31,175 nucleotides of DNA from Minisyncoccota bacterium (GCA_035628455.1 DASPJT010000063.1:1-31175); one strand, 5' to 3'; counted from the stretch's first letter, positions 1-9,072 are shown. Program-made: numbers and translations. The notes: generated from the sequence alone by a model not told the origin.

Positions 1-750
1 AAGGAAAAGATACGGGAGTGCGACATCGTCTTCATCGCGGTCCCGACGCCCACGACTCCGGGCGGTTTCGACATGAGCATCGTGGAGGAGGGCGTCTCGC
101 TCGTCGGAGAGGGCAAGACTGTGGTGATCAAGTCCACGATCCTGCCGGGCACCACCGCGAAGCTCCAAGAGAAATACCCCGGAGTGATCCTCATCTACTC
201 GCCGGAATTCCTCTCCGAGAAGACCGCCGCGCATGACGCCGCGAATCCTTTTTCGAATATCATGGGGCTTGCGGTAAGCGACGAGGCGCACCGCGCCGCC
301 GCAGAGGCGGCGCTCGCCGCGCTCCCCAAGGCGCCGTATACCAATATCTGCACCTCTACGGAAGCCGAGCTCATCAAGTACAGTCACAACCTGAACGGCT
401 ATTTCCAGATCATGCTCTCGAACATCCTCTACGACGCCGCGCAGAAGCTCGGGGCCGAGTGGCAGGTGATCGAAGACGCCCTCATACACGACCCGATGAT
501 CACGACCCGCTACATCAAGCCGGTGCACCAGAGCGGATTCCCGGGAGCTGCTCCCGGCCGCGGCGCGGGCGGGCACTGCTTCATCAAGGACTTCGCCGCC
601 TTCCGCTCCCTCTACGTGAAGCTCCTGCCGGAAGATGAGCGCGGGCAGAACCTCCTCACCGCGCTCGAGCAGAAGAACATCTCCCTCCTCCGCTCGAGCG
701 GCAAGGATCTCGATCTCTTGAAGGGCGTCTATGGAGAACCGCCGAATTGA
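1..750 (+). CDS. UDP-glucose/GDP-mannose dehydrogenase family protein, 5'-truncated by the window edge, short form lacking the C-terminal domain
   Basis: Frame 1 is open from base 1 (KEKIRECDIVFIAVPTP...). It contains VVIKST, YSPEFLSE, AELIKYSHN (catalytic Lys/Asn) and GGHCFIKD (catalytic Cys). Confidence 0.9.
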   Translation, partial: KEKIRECDIVFIAVPTPTTPGGFDMSIVEEGVSLVGEGKTVVIKSTILPGTTAKLQEKYPGVILIYSPEFLSEKTAAHDAANPFSNIMGLAVSDEAHRAAAEAALAALPKAPYTNICTSTEAELIKYSHNLNGYFQIMLSNILYDAAQKLGAEWQVIEDALIHDPMITTRYIKPVHQSGFPGAAPGRGAGGHCFIKDFAAFRSLYVKLLPEDERGQNLLTALEQKNISLLRSSGKDLDLLKGVYGEPPN

Positions 751-766
751 GCCTCCGGGATCCGCA

Positions 767-1972
767 ATGAAAAAGAAGATCCTCGTCGTCACGCCGAATT
801 TCCCGTATCCCTCGACCGGCGCGGACGAGCAGGAGCGCGCCGCAGGCATCGAGATGCTCATTGCCCTCGGCTACGAGGTGCGCGTCATCGCCAAGGTGAC
901 GCCGAAGCATGATCAGACCGTGCCCGAAGCGCGTGAGCGCCTGGGCATCCCGATATTTCCGGTCTCTTACAAAGGCGGCAGCTGGCATCCGCGTTTCGGC
1001 ACCTTCCGCTACTACGCCGCGCGCCTCCTCAATCCGCTCCATTGGGACGGAGCTTCGTATGAATATTTTGATCCCGAGATACAAGGGATACTGAAGAGGG
1101 AGCTCGACGGCTTCAAGCCCGATCTCGTGTGGGTGGACTACACCTACCTCTGGCCGCTCTATGGAGAGATACGGAAGCGCGGCATCCCCATCGTCACGCG
1201 CTCCATCAACTTCGAGCCGGTGCATGCCGTGCAGGAGGAAGGCTGGAGCCTCTACAGCCTCCTCACCTTCCCGGCCAAGGTCATGAGCGAATGCCTCTCT
1301 ATCTGGCAGAGCGTCGCCGTCTGCGCCATCACTCCCAAGGAAGAGAAGATCTACCGCTTCCTCGGCGCGAAGAAGGCGATCACCGTCCCACTCCGCTCCC
1401 TGCCGCGGCTCCTCCGGAGCGGACATACCATCTCGGACGCCCGCCCGCTTCATGTCTTCTTCCTCGGTTCGACCTACAACGTCTATCACAACAGCCGCGG
1501 CCTCCTCTTCCTACTCCGGGAAGTGATCCCCCTCGTGGAGCGCCTGGCGCCCGGGGAATTCCGCTTCCACATCCTCGGCAGCAAGGTGCCCGAGAAATTC
1601 AAAGGCTATTTCCCGCCGAGCGCCGCGCATGAAGGCTACGTGCCCGACCTCGGCGCTTTCCTCGCCGGCATGGATATCGCGGTCATCCCCTCGCTCATGG
1701 GCGCCGGCATGCAGCAGAAGATCTTCGAGCCGCTCGCGCAGGGGATTCCCACGGTCACTTCTCCGCGCGGGCTCTCCGGGTATCCTTTCGAGCACGGCAC
1801 GCATCTCCTCCTTGCGGAGAGCGCGCAGGATTATGCCGACCGCCTCCTCGAGATGCGCGACTCCGCGCTCCGCGCGCGGCTCTCCCGGGAAGCCTCGCTC
1901 CGCTCAGCCAAGATCTTCTCCGCGGAGAAGGTCGAGGGCGCGGTGAAGGAGGCTCTCTCCGTACTACGATGA
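767..1972 (+). CDS. Glycosyltransferase family 4 (GT-B)
   Basis: MKKKILVVTP start (ATG 767, after the upstream stop, preferred over 731). C-terminal DIAVIPS...GMQQKIFEPLAQGIPTVTS motif. Confidence 0.85.
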   Translation: MKKKILVVTPNFPYPSTGADEQERAAGIEMLIALGYEVRVIAKVTPKHDQTVPEARERLGIPIFPVSYKGGSWHPRFGTFRYYAARLLNPLHWDGASYEYFDPEIQGILKRELDGFKPDLVWVDYTYLWPLYGEIRKRGIPIVTRSINFEPVHAVQEEGWSLYSLLTFPAKVMSECLSIWQSVAVCAITPKEEKIYRFLGAKKAITVPLRSLPRLLRSGHTISDARPLHVFFLGSTYNVYHNSRGLLFLLREVIPLVERLAPGEFRFHILGSKVPEKFKGYFPPSAAHEGYVPDLGAFLAGMDIAVIPSLMGAGMQQKIFEPLAQGIPTVTSPRGLSGYPFEHGTHLLLAESAQDYADRLLEMRDSALRARLSREASLRSAKIFSAEKVEGAVKEALSVLR

Positions 1973-2997
1973 AGAAGGTCCATATCGAGCTCGTCCCGGG
2001 GCAGCCCCACATCCCGCTCCTCTTCCCGAACCTAGGCGCCATCGACCGCCCCGAGCGGCTCTTCACCAATAGCGCCCTGCAGACGCTCAGGGAGCCTTTC
2101 GTGGAGATCGCGGAGGATCCCGCGGGAGCCGACTATCTCCTCGTCCCGCACGATTTCTACCGCATTGCGGGAGAGACAGAATACCTCGCCCGCGTGGTGG
2201 CTCGCGCCCGCGAGCACGGGAAGAAGGTACTCATCTTCGATTACAGCGACTACGATTCTCCGATCGAGGTTCCGGATTCGATCATCTTCCGCTACTCGCA
2301 GTATCGCTACAAGAAAGCGCCGAACGAGATCATCGCTCCGCCCTTCGTAGAAGACCTCGGCGCAGGCGGCGTGACGCCGCGCATGAAAGGGGAGAGAGCA
2401 GTAGTGGGCTTCTGCGGCTGGGCGGATTTCGATTCTCCGGGCCGCCGCCTCCGCTACTATGCGAAGCTCATCCTCGTAGAGCTCCGCGCTCTCGCACAGG
2501 GCGCTCGACTGAGGGCGCACCGCCCCGGGCTCTACTTCCGGCGCGCCGCGCTCGCGCGGCTCTCCCGCTCCGCGCTTGTCGCCGTCAATTTTCTGATACG
2601 GAAGACCTTCTCCGCGCACGCGCACAGCATCCTCTCCGATCCGCAGACCGCGCGCCGGGAATATATCGAGAACATGAGGGCCTCCGACTTCGTGCTCGCG
2701 CCGAAGGGCGACGGCAACTATTCCATGCGCTTCTATGAAGCGCTCTCTCTCGGTCGCATTCCGCTTCTCATCGATACGGAGACGGTGCTTCCGCTCGAAG
2801 AGCATATCGACTACTCCTCTTTCATCCTGCGCGTCTCCTCTAAGGACATAGACCGCCTGCCGCAGATCGTCGCGGATTTCTACGCCTCCCTCTCGGATGC
2901 GGAATTCAGAGGCATGCAGGAGCGCGCGCGGCGCGCTTTCGATAGTAAGCTCTCGGGCGAAGCCTTCCTCCGCTACGCCTTCCTGCACCTCCTCTAA
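1969..2997 (+). CDS. Exostosin-like (GT47) glycosyltransferase
   Basis: C-terminal SDFVLAPKGDGNYSMRFYEALSLGRIPLLID..LP.E..IDY matches the exostosin F.L.P.G.....R..EA...G.IP pattern. ATGA overlap with the upstream gene. Confidence 0.8.
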   Translation: MKKVHIELVPGQPHIPLLFPNLGAIDRPERLFTNSALQTLREPFVEIAEDPAGADYLLVPHDFYRIAGETEYLARVVARAREHGKKVLIFDYSDYDSPIEVPDSIIFRYSQYRYKKAPNEIIAPPFVEDLGAGGVTPRMKGERAVVGFCGWADFDSPGRRLRYYAKLILVELRALAQGARLRAHRPGLYFRRAALARLSRSALVAVNFLIRKTFSAHAHSILSDPQTARREYIENMRASDFVLAPKGDGNYSMRFYEALSLGRIPLLIDTETVLPLEEHIDYSSFILRVSSKDIDRLPQIVADFYASLSDAEFRGMQERARRAFDSKLSGEAFLRYAFLHLL

Positions 2998-3008
2998 AGG
3001 AAGGGAAA

Positions 3009-3017
3009 TGCTATAAT
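3009..3017 (+). promoter_or_regulatory. Extended -10 sigma70-type promoter (TGcTATAAT)
   Basis: Perfect TGn-TATAAT 32 nt upstream of ATG 3050. Confidence 0.65.
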
Positions 3018-3049
3018 ACGGCCATTATACGCCTCTGGGCGCCCCTACA

Positions 3050-4510
3050 ATGGCTCACTTAGCTCGATTGCCGTGGTATGAGGTCGCTACAGGGGCGCTC
3101 TTCCTCCTCGCCTCCTTCTACGCCTTTTACGTGCTCACAGAGAGTCCCCCGACCTGGTACGACGAGGGTCTTTATATCCAGGTAGCTCAATCCATTAGTG
3201 AAAGGGGTAATCAGACCCTCCAGGTCGCTCCCGGAGAATACATCTCCTCGGGCTTCATCACTGGCGGTTATCCTTTTCTTGCGCCGGTCGCGCTCTCCCT
3301 TTCCGTACTCGGCGACTCGCTTTTCTCCGCGCGCCTTCCGATGGCGCTCTTCATTCTGCTCTTTCTCTGCGCCGCCTGGGGTTTCGTGTATAAAGCCTTC
3401 GGCCGCGAGGCGGCGCTCCTCTCGCTCCTCCTCCTCGCGACCTTGCCGCTCATCTACGGGAACGGCAAGAACGTCCTCGGAGAAGTGCCGGGGCTCTTCT
3501 TCCTCACGATCTCGCTCTACTTCCTCTGGCGCATCGAGGCGCGGAATTTCGCAGGCGTCGGCTCCTACATCGGTGCGGGGCTCGCGGCCGGACTCGCGGT
3601 CGCCACGAAGCCCCTCTTCCTGCTCCTCCCTGGAGCGATCGCTCTCGCGCTCCTTTTCCGCTTCCGCTCGGTCAGCTTTCGCTTCCGGGAGATAGCTGCG
3701 GCAGGAATCGCCTTCGCGCTCCCGGTCGCGCTCTGGCTCTTCCTCCAGTTCGGGGTAGGGGATCGCGCGGGCGCGACGCTCGCGTACTACGCGAATCCCT
3801 ACGGCATCGAGTCGCTCGGAGAGATCATCCTCGGGAACGCGCTCCGCTTCGCGACCGAAGCCACCCCTCTCTATTGCGCCGCCTTCATGCTCCTCTGGCT
3901 CGCAGCCTTCCTCCTCCGCCTCATCCGCCGCGAGCGGATACTCCTCGCCGAATGGACGGCGCTCGCGTTCTCCCTCCTTGTGCTCGCGGCCTACCTCCGC
4001 ACCGCGGGCTGGTACCGCTACCTGTTCCCGGCGCTCGTGCTCGCGCTCCTCTTCGCGCCCTCTAATCTCGCGACCATCCTCGACGCGCTCCGGCGCTTCC
4101 GCCCGTCCTTCGGCTCTCTTTTCTCCCGCGCTCTCCTTATCGGGGCCTGCCTCGGTGTAGGCCTCTTGCAGCTCTATCAGCTCAACTATTCCTCCTGGGT
4201 GGCGGAGCACTACGAGAGCACGGCCGCCCGCGAGCTCGACGCCTACTTCTCAATGGTCTCGCCGGGGGAGACACTCTTCGTCTACAATGTCCCGGAAGCC
4301 GTACCTTTCATCCGCTCGGAGAGTTACTATCAATACATCGCCACCACTGAGACGATGGTCTACGGCGCGGCGGGGCTCGCAGCGCTCCGGGAGGGGATCC
4401 CTGATCGGGTGATCGTGAGCGCTTCCGACTATGCGAGAGAGGCTCCGCTTTTCGCGCGGTACATCCCGGCGGGGCAGCTGGGCTCCTACCTCTCCCTTGC
4501 CAGGAAGTAG
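3050..4510 (+). CDS. ArnT/PMT-like (GT-C, GT83/39-like) membrane glycosyltransferase
   Basis: N-terminal TM followed by WYDEGLY acidic loop, then SARL, E.PGLFF, GLAVATKP, RYLFP. Many TM helices and a soluble C-terminal domain. Confidence 0.8.
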   Translation: MAHLARLPWYEVATGALFLLASFYAFYVLTESPPTWYDEGLYIQVAQSISERGNQTLQVAPGEYISSGFITGGYPFLAPVALSLSVLGDSLFSARLPMALFILLFLCAAWGFVYKAFGREAALLSLLLLATLPLIYGNGKNVLGEVPGLFFLTISLYFLWRIEARNFAGVGSYIGAGLAAGLAVATKPLFLLLPGAIALALLFRFRSVSFRFREIAAAGIAFALPVALWLFLQFGVGDRAGATLAYYANPYGIESLGEIILGNALRFATEATPLYCAAFMLLWLAAFLLRLIRRERILLAEWTALAFSLLVLAAYLRTAGWYRYLFPALVLALLFAPSNLATILDALRRFRPSFGSLFSRALLIGACLGVGLLQLYQLNYSSWVAEHYESTAARELDAYFSMVSPGETLFVYNVPEAVPFIRSESYYQYIATTETMVYGAAGLAALREGIPDRVIVSASDYAREAPLFARYIPAGQLGSYLSLARK

Positions 4511-4531
4511 CTTCCGGGGATAATCAGCACC

Positions 4532-5173
4532 ATGTCTCATCACTTCCACTCCTCACTCTGGTTCGGACTCCTCGCGGGCGCATTCATCGCTATCTTCTCC
4601 TTAATCGTCTTCGGGAATCTAGGTGTTTACGCGGAACTCGGTCTCTCTGGGGCCACCCTAGTCATTGCCGCCGTTCTATGGTGTCTCATCGTGCCTCTCG
4701 GCCTGGCCTCCGGCCTCAAGATCCTTACCCTCCTGCCGCTTCCGGAATCCTTTACGCGGCAATTTGTCAGGTATGGGGTCATCGGCGTGCTGAATACCCT
4801 CCTTAGCCTCACTATCTTCAATCTGCTCATGTCTGCGACGGGCGTCACCCGCGGCTACCTGATCACGGTCTTTTCTGTCATAACCTTCGTCATCGTCATC
4901 AGCCACGCATTCCTCTGGAACAAGTTCCTGGTGTTCCGCTCCGAAGAGCTCGCTGGCGCGCACCGAGAATATACCCGTTTCTTCCTCGTCTCTGGGACGA
5001 CTGCGCTCGTCAATGTCGTGGTTATCTCCCTCCTCGTGAACGTGGTCGGACCTCTTTGGGGCATTGCCCCGAAGCTGTGGGCTAATATCGCGGTGCTCTC
5101 TACCGTCCCTATCTCCGTATTCGGCAATTTCTTCGGGTACAAGTTTCTGGTATTTAGGACCCATCTCATATGA
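4532..5173 (+). CDS. GtrA-family membrane protein with N-terminal TM extension
   Basis: QFVRYGVIGVLNT, FLWNKFLVF and NFFGYKFLVF are GtrA hallmarks. About 75 extra hydrophobic residues at the N-terminus. Confidence 0.85.
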   Translation: MSHHFHSSLWFGLLAGAFIAIFSLIVFGNLGVYAELGLSGATLVIAAVLWCLIVPLGLASGLKILTLLPLPESFTRQFVRYGVIGVLNTLLSLTIFNLLMSATGVTRGYLITVFSVITFVIVISHAFLWNKFLVFRSEELAGAHREYTRFFLVSGTTALVNVVVISLLVNVVGPLWGIAPKLWANIAVLSTVPISVFGNFFGYKFLVFRTHLI

Positions 5174-6309
5174 AGCTGCTCTATCTCGCCAACATGCGGC
5201 TCCCTACGGAGAAGGCGCACGGCCTCCAGGTGATGAAGATGTGCGAGGCCTTCGCGCGCCTCGGCCACGAGGTCACGCTCGCCGTGCCCTGGCGCTTCGG
5301 GAGGGTCGAGAGCGATCCCTACGAGTACTACGACGTGGAGCGGAACTTCCGCATTGTGCGGATCTTCTCCCTCGACCTCATCCCCCTCGGCCCCGTAGGC
5401 TTCTTCATCCAGGTCCTCACTTTCGCCCTCTCTTCTTTCTTCTATTCTCTCTTTTCCCGCGCCGATCTCGTCTATGGGCGCGACGAAGTGGCTCTCTGGG
5501 GCATTACTTTCATCAAGAAAACCGGCTGGGAGGTGCATACGCGCAAGCTCAATTGGTTCGCCCGCGCGCTCCTCTCGCGCGCGGACACCCTCGTCACCAT
5601 CAGCGGCGGGCTGAAAAACCTGCTTGAGAAGGCGGGAGCCACGCGCGAGATCCTGATCGCGCACGACGGCGCGGATCCGTCCAAATATGCCGTGCCCTTC
5701 GACCGCGACGCCTGGCGCTTGTCCAAGGATATCCCCCTCGAGGCCAAGGTCATCGCCTACATCGGCGCGATCCATACCATGGGCAGCGGCAAGGGCGTGG
5801 AGGAGCTCATCGAGATCTTCCCGAAGATCCTCGAGAGGGAGCCGGACGCCTTTCTCCTCCTCACCGGCATGCCGGAGAAGGATCGCGCAGCCGTGCTCGC
5901 GCTCTGCGAAAAAGCAGGCGTGCCTCTCGATAAAGTGCGTGTGGATACGGATCTGCGGCAGAAGGAGGTCATCCCGTACTTCCGCGCGGCGGACGTGCAC
6001 GTGATGAACTTCCCGTTCACAGAGCATTACGCCTACTACATGTCGCCCCTCAAGATGTTCAACTACATGGCGAGTGGCGTACCGATACTCACCACCGATC
6101 TGCCTTCCGTACGGGAAGTGCTCTCTGAAAAGGAAGCCGAGTTCATCCCGCCGGGGGACAGCGAAGCGCTCGCTGAGGGGCTCCTCCGGGTGCTCGCGGG
6201 AGGCGAAGAGATACGGGCCAAGGCGCGCGCGGCGGAAGCCCTCTTCCTCGCGCACTATACCTGGGAAGAGAGGGCCAGGACCATCCTCGAGTTTGCCAAG
6301 GGGCGCTGA
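5170..6309 (+). CDS. Glycosyltransferase family 4
   Basis: MKLLYLANMRLPTEKAHGLQVMKMCEAF start; WEVH; SPLKMFNYMASGVPILTTDLPSVREVL. Confidence 0.9.
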   Translation: MKLLYLANMRLPTEKAHGLQVMKMCEAFARLGHEVTLAVPWRFGRVESDPYEYYDVERNFRIVRIFSLDLIPLGPVGFFIQVLTFALSSFFYSLFSRADLVYGRDEVALWGITFIKKTGWEVHTRKLNWFARALLSRADTLVTISGGLKNLLEKAGATREILIAHDGADPSKYAVPFDRDAWRLSKDIPLEAKVIAYIGAIHTMGSGKGVEELIEIFPKILEREPDAFLLLTGMPEKDRAAVLALCEKAGVPLDKVRVDTDLRQKEVIPYFRAADVHVMNFPFTEHYAYYMSPLKMFNYMASGVPILTTDLPSVREVLSEKEAEFIPPGDSEALAEGLLRVLAGGEEIRAKARAAEALFLAHYTWEERARTILEFAKGR

Positions 6310-6319
6310 TCCCGGAACC

Positions 6320-6347
6320 TTGCTAATAGGCCGTGATTTGCTAGTAT
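6320..6347 (+). promoter_or_regulatory. Putative sigma70 promoter of gmd
   Basis: TTGCTA (6320-6325), 16 nt, TGc-TAGTAT (6342-6347). ATG follows 11 nt later. Confidence 0.5.
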
Positions 6348-6358
6348 TTGAAACCATT

Positions 6359-7444
6359 ATGCCCGCCAAAAAGACCGCCCCAAAGAATAAAAATACTAAG
6401 AAAAAGAAAAAGAGGGCGCTTGTCACTGGCGTGACAGGTCAGGACGGCTCGTATCTCGCGGAATACCTCATCGACCTCGGGTACGAGGTCTGGGGGCTCA
6501 TGCGTCGCACCAGTCTCGAGCCGATGATCCGCATCGAGAAGCTCGTTCGCCCGGAGCGGCGCCTCCGCATCGTCTACGGCAATCTCCGCGATGGGGCGTC
6601 CATCCGCCAGGCGCTCGAGGAGAGCCAGCCGGATGAGATCTACAACCTCGCGGCACAGTCGGATGTGGGCATCTCTTTCAAATGCCCGGACGAGACGATG
6701 GATATCAATTATCACGGTCTCGGCAGGCTCATCCATGAGGCGATCAAGGTGAATCCGAAGGTGAAGATATACCAGGCGTCCACCAGTGAGATGTTCGGGA
6801 GAACCAATCCTCCTCAGAACGAGAACTCCGTCTTCGCTCCGGTGAGCCCGTATGGCGAGGCCAAGCTCCTCGCGCACGAGGATTACGTCAAGGGATACCG
6901 GGAGAAGAAAGGCCTGTTCATCTGCTCGGGCATACTTTTCAATCATGAGTCTCCGCGCCGCGGGGAGCATTTCGTGACGCGCAAGATCAGCATCTCCCTC
7001 GCCAAGGTGAAGCTCGGCATCCAGGAATCCTTCGCACTCGGCAATATGGATGCGAAGCGCGACTGGGGCTTCGCGGGCGACTACGTGAAGGCCATGCATA
7101 AGATGCTTCAGCAGAAGACGCCTGATGACTACGTCATCTCGACCGGCGTGAGCCATACGGTAAGGGAGTTCGTGGAGGAGGCTGCGAAGGTTCTCGATAT
7201 GCCTATCTCCTGGAGCGGCAAAGGCTTCGACGAAGTCGGCAAGACCAAGGACGGGAAGGTCGTGGTGAGGATAGCCAAAGAGTACTACCGCCCTACGGAA
7301 GTCGATTATCTCCTCGGAGACAGCCGCAAGGCCGCGAAGAAGCTCGGCTGGAAGCCCGAGGTGAGCTTCAAGCAGCTCGTGCGCATGATGGTCACGGCTG
7401 ACTATGAGCGCCTCAAGAAGATGAAGGACGCCGGCCTGCTATAA
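6359..7444 (+). CDS. gmd: GDP-mannose 4,6-dehydratase
   Basis: ALVTGVTGQDGSYLAE, YNLAAQSDV, YQASTSEMFG, SPYGEAK, GILFNHESPRRGEHFVTRKI, RDWG, RPTEVDYLLGD. The upstream part of the ORF-track call (6074) overlaps the GT4 gene, so the start is placed at ATG 6359. Confidence 0.95.
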   Translation: MPAKKTAPKNKNTKKKKKRALVTGVTGQDGSYLAEYLIDLGYEVWGLMRRTSLEPMIRIEKLVRPERRLRIVYGNLRDGASIRQALEESQPDEIYNLAAQSDVGISFKCPDETMDINYHGLGRLIHEAIKVNPKVKIYQASTSEMFGRTNPPQNENSVFAPVSPYGEAKLLAHEDYVKGYREKKGLFICSGILFNHESPRRGEHFVTRKISISLAKVKLGIQESFALGNMDAKRDWGFAGDYVKAMHKMLQQKTPDDYVISTGVSHTVREFVEEAAKVLDMPISWSGKGFDEVGKTKDGKVVVRIAKEYYRPTEVDYLLGDSRKAAKKLGWKPEVSFKQLVRMMVTADYERLKKMKDAGLL

Positions 7445-7445
7445 T
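7437..7445 (+). promoter_or_regulatory. Extended -10 promoter giving a probable leaderless mRNA
   Basis: TGcTATAAT overlaps the gmd stop codon and sits 6 nt before ATG 7452. Confidence 0.65.
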
Positions 7446-7451
7446 CCTCTG

Positions 7452-8111
7452 ATGCAAAAGACCACCGAGCAGGCGGGGGAGTGGCAGGAGATCTGGGAGC
7501 GGAGCAACTGGGTGGACACGGTCATCGACTGGGGCCGCACCGTCTATAACTTCTTCTTCCGCCGCATACTCCGCCGCTATCTCTCGCGCGATTCCGTCAT
7601 GCTCGAGCTCGGCTGCGGCCGGGCCTCGCTCTCCCTCTCCCTCGCGCCGGAGATACAGCGGCTCGTCGGGGTGGATATATCCGAGTCCGCGGTGCGCCAG
7701 GCGGCCGCCTCCGCGGAGAAGCAAGGGCTTACCAATACTTCTTTCATAATCGACGATTGCACGAAGCTCGCGACGGAGGAGCGCTTCGATTTCGTATGGA
7801 GCCAGGGACTCCTCGAGCACTTCGAGGATCCCGTCACTGTCGCGCGGGAGCACTACCGCGTGCTGAAGCCCGGAGGGACCGCGCTCCTCTCGGTGCCGTA
7901 TAAGTATTCCTACCACACCGTGTGGTATACCGTTGCTCGCCCCAAGATGCTCCGGTGGGTATGGCCGTGGACGGAGCAGCGCTTCTTCGATAAGGCCGAG
8001 CTGCTCGCCGTCGGCAAGGAAGTGACGCCTACCGCCCGCACCTACTTCCTCCAGCCGTTCCCGCTCGGTATCATCTTCCTCGAGATGAGGAAGCCGCTCG
8101 GGGAGAAATAA
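7452..8111 (+). CDS. Class I SAM-dependent methyltransferase
   Basis: MLELGCGRA, VGVDIS, FDFVWSQGLLEHFEDP, RVLKPGG. Confidence 0.9.
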   Translation: MQKTTEQAGEWQEIWERSNWVDTVIDWGRTVYNFFFRRILRRYLSRDSVMLELGCGRASLSLSLAPEIQRLVGVDISESAVRQAAASAEKQGLTNTSFIIDDCTKLATEERFDFVWSQGLLEHFEDPVTVAREHYRVLKPGGTALLSVPYKYSYHTVWYTVARPKMLRWVWPWTEQRFFDKAELLAVGKEVTPTARTYFLQPFPLGIIFLEMRKPLGEK

Positions 8112-8119
8112 AAAAGGAG

Positions 8120-8146
8120 AAGCGCCCCTGGGAACCAGGGGCGCTT
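8120..8146. terminator. Intrinsic terminator hairpin between convergent genes
   Basis: AAGCGCCCCTGG-gaa-CCAGGGGCGCTT, a 12-bp perfect stem. The A-run at about 8110-8115 gives a U-tract on the minus strand. Confidence 0.8.
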
Positions 8147-8151
8147 GAGTC

Positions 8152-8952
8152 TTACCGATTGTCGGGATCATTGTCGACAAGCGGCGTCGGCTGCGCGGGG
8201 TCGTCGGGCGTGATATTCATAATGTACCCGCCGTCCACCACGATTTCGGTGCCAGTGATGTACGAAGCTTCGTCGGAGGCGAGGAAGGCGATTGCGTTCG
8301 CCACCTCTTCCGGGAATCCCCGCCTTCCGAGAGGAGCGCGCCGGCGATACCGGTCGAGGATGGCGTTGCCGCCGGCGCGTACGGCACCCATGCCTTCCGT
8401 GGCGATGGCGCCCGGCAAAACGGAATTGACCGTGATGCGGCGAGAAGCGACCTCGAGCGCGAGCGCCCGGGTGAGGCCCAAGATGCCGGCCTTCGCTGCT
8501 TGGTAGCTCGTCCCGGGGGAGTGAGCTCCGAGGCCCTGGATAGAGCTCACGTTGATCACCCGGCCGCCATTCTGCATGAGCGGCAGGAACGCCCTCGCGA
8601 CCCGCAGATAGCCGACGAGGTTGACGTTGATGATGTGCAGGAGCTTGTCCCAGGGCATCGCGAGGAGATTGCCTTGATCGTTGTATTCGATCCCCGCGTT
8701 GTTGACGAGGATTTGGATCGGTCCTCGTTTCGCCTGCAGGGCGGCGGCGTTCTTCACGCTCGCGTCGTTCCCCACGTCGGTCCTGATTGTGCGGACCGGG
8801 TGCCGCCCCTGGAGTTCCGTCTTGACCTTCCTGTCGAGTATCAGGACATTGGCTCCCGCGTCAGCGAAGAGGCGCGCTGTCGCCTTGCCGATGCCGGAGG
8901 CGCCGCCGGTGACGACGACGGTCGCCCCGGAAAAATCGAACCTGGCTTCCAT
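8152..8952 (-). CDS. Classical short-chain dehydrogenase/reductase (SDR)
   Basis: TGGASGIG, NNAGI, NVSS, YQAAK, VNSVLPG, TGTEIVVDGG. SD AAGGAG upstream. Confidence 0.92.
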   Translation of the reverse strand: MEARFDFSGATVVVTGGASGIGKATARLFADAGANVLILDRKVKTELQGRHPVRTIRTDVGNDASVKNAAALQAKRGPIQILVNNAGIEYNDQGNLLAMPWDKLLHIINVNLVGYLRVARAFLPLMQNGGRVINVSSIQGLGAHSPGTSYQAAKAGILGLTRALALEVASRRITVNSVLPGAIATEGMGAVRAGGNAILDRYRRRAPLGRRGFPEEVANAIAFLASDEASYITGTEIVVDGGYIMNITPDDPAQPTPLVDNDPDNR

Positions 8953-8978
8953 GACTTAATGTCTCCTTTCTATTTTTA

Positions 8979-9007
8979 ATTATGACAATAAAATAAGACT
9001 TAGTCAA
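8979..9007 (-). promoter_or_regulatory. Sigma70 promoter of the SDR gene
   Basis: Minus strand TTGACT, 17 nt, TGt-CATAAT. Confidence 0.7.
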
Positions 9008-9044
9008 GTACATAGATACGGTTTCTTTTAGTAGTGCGTTTTTA

Positions 9045-9072
9045 TTGACAAATCTTAATTTAGTGGTATTCT
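9045..9072 (+). promoter_or_regulatory. Sigma70 promoter of the 9101 gene
   Basis: TTGACA (9045-9050), 16 nt, TGg-TATTCT (9067-9072). Confidence 0.7.

Noticed and set aside
748-750. TGA recoding (genetic code 25 or 4) extending the short dehydrogenase
   Set aside because: TGA ends many clearly complete genes here (6309, 11726, the ATGA overlaps), and the downstream sequence is occupied by a GT4 gene. Code 11 fits.
3008-3016. Mini-ORF ATG-CTA-TAA upstream of the ArnT-like gene
   Set aside because: It is a by-product of the TGcTATAAT promoter sequence and lies upstream of the predicted TSS.
6074-6358. ORF-track N-terminal extensions (gmd 6074, GT4 731, C-methyltransferase 10986, permease 26022, obgE 28695, ECF 25103, GT2 20612, YvlD-like 27556)
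   Set aside because: They overlap upstream genes or predicted promoters and add non-homologous sequence before the conserved N-terminal motifs.
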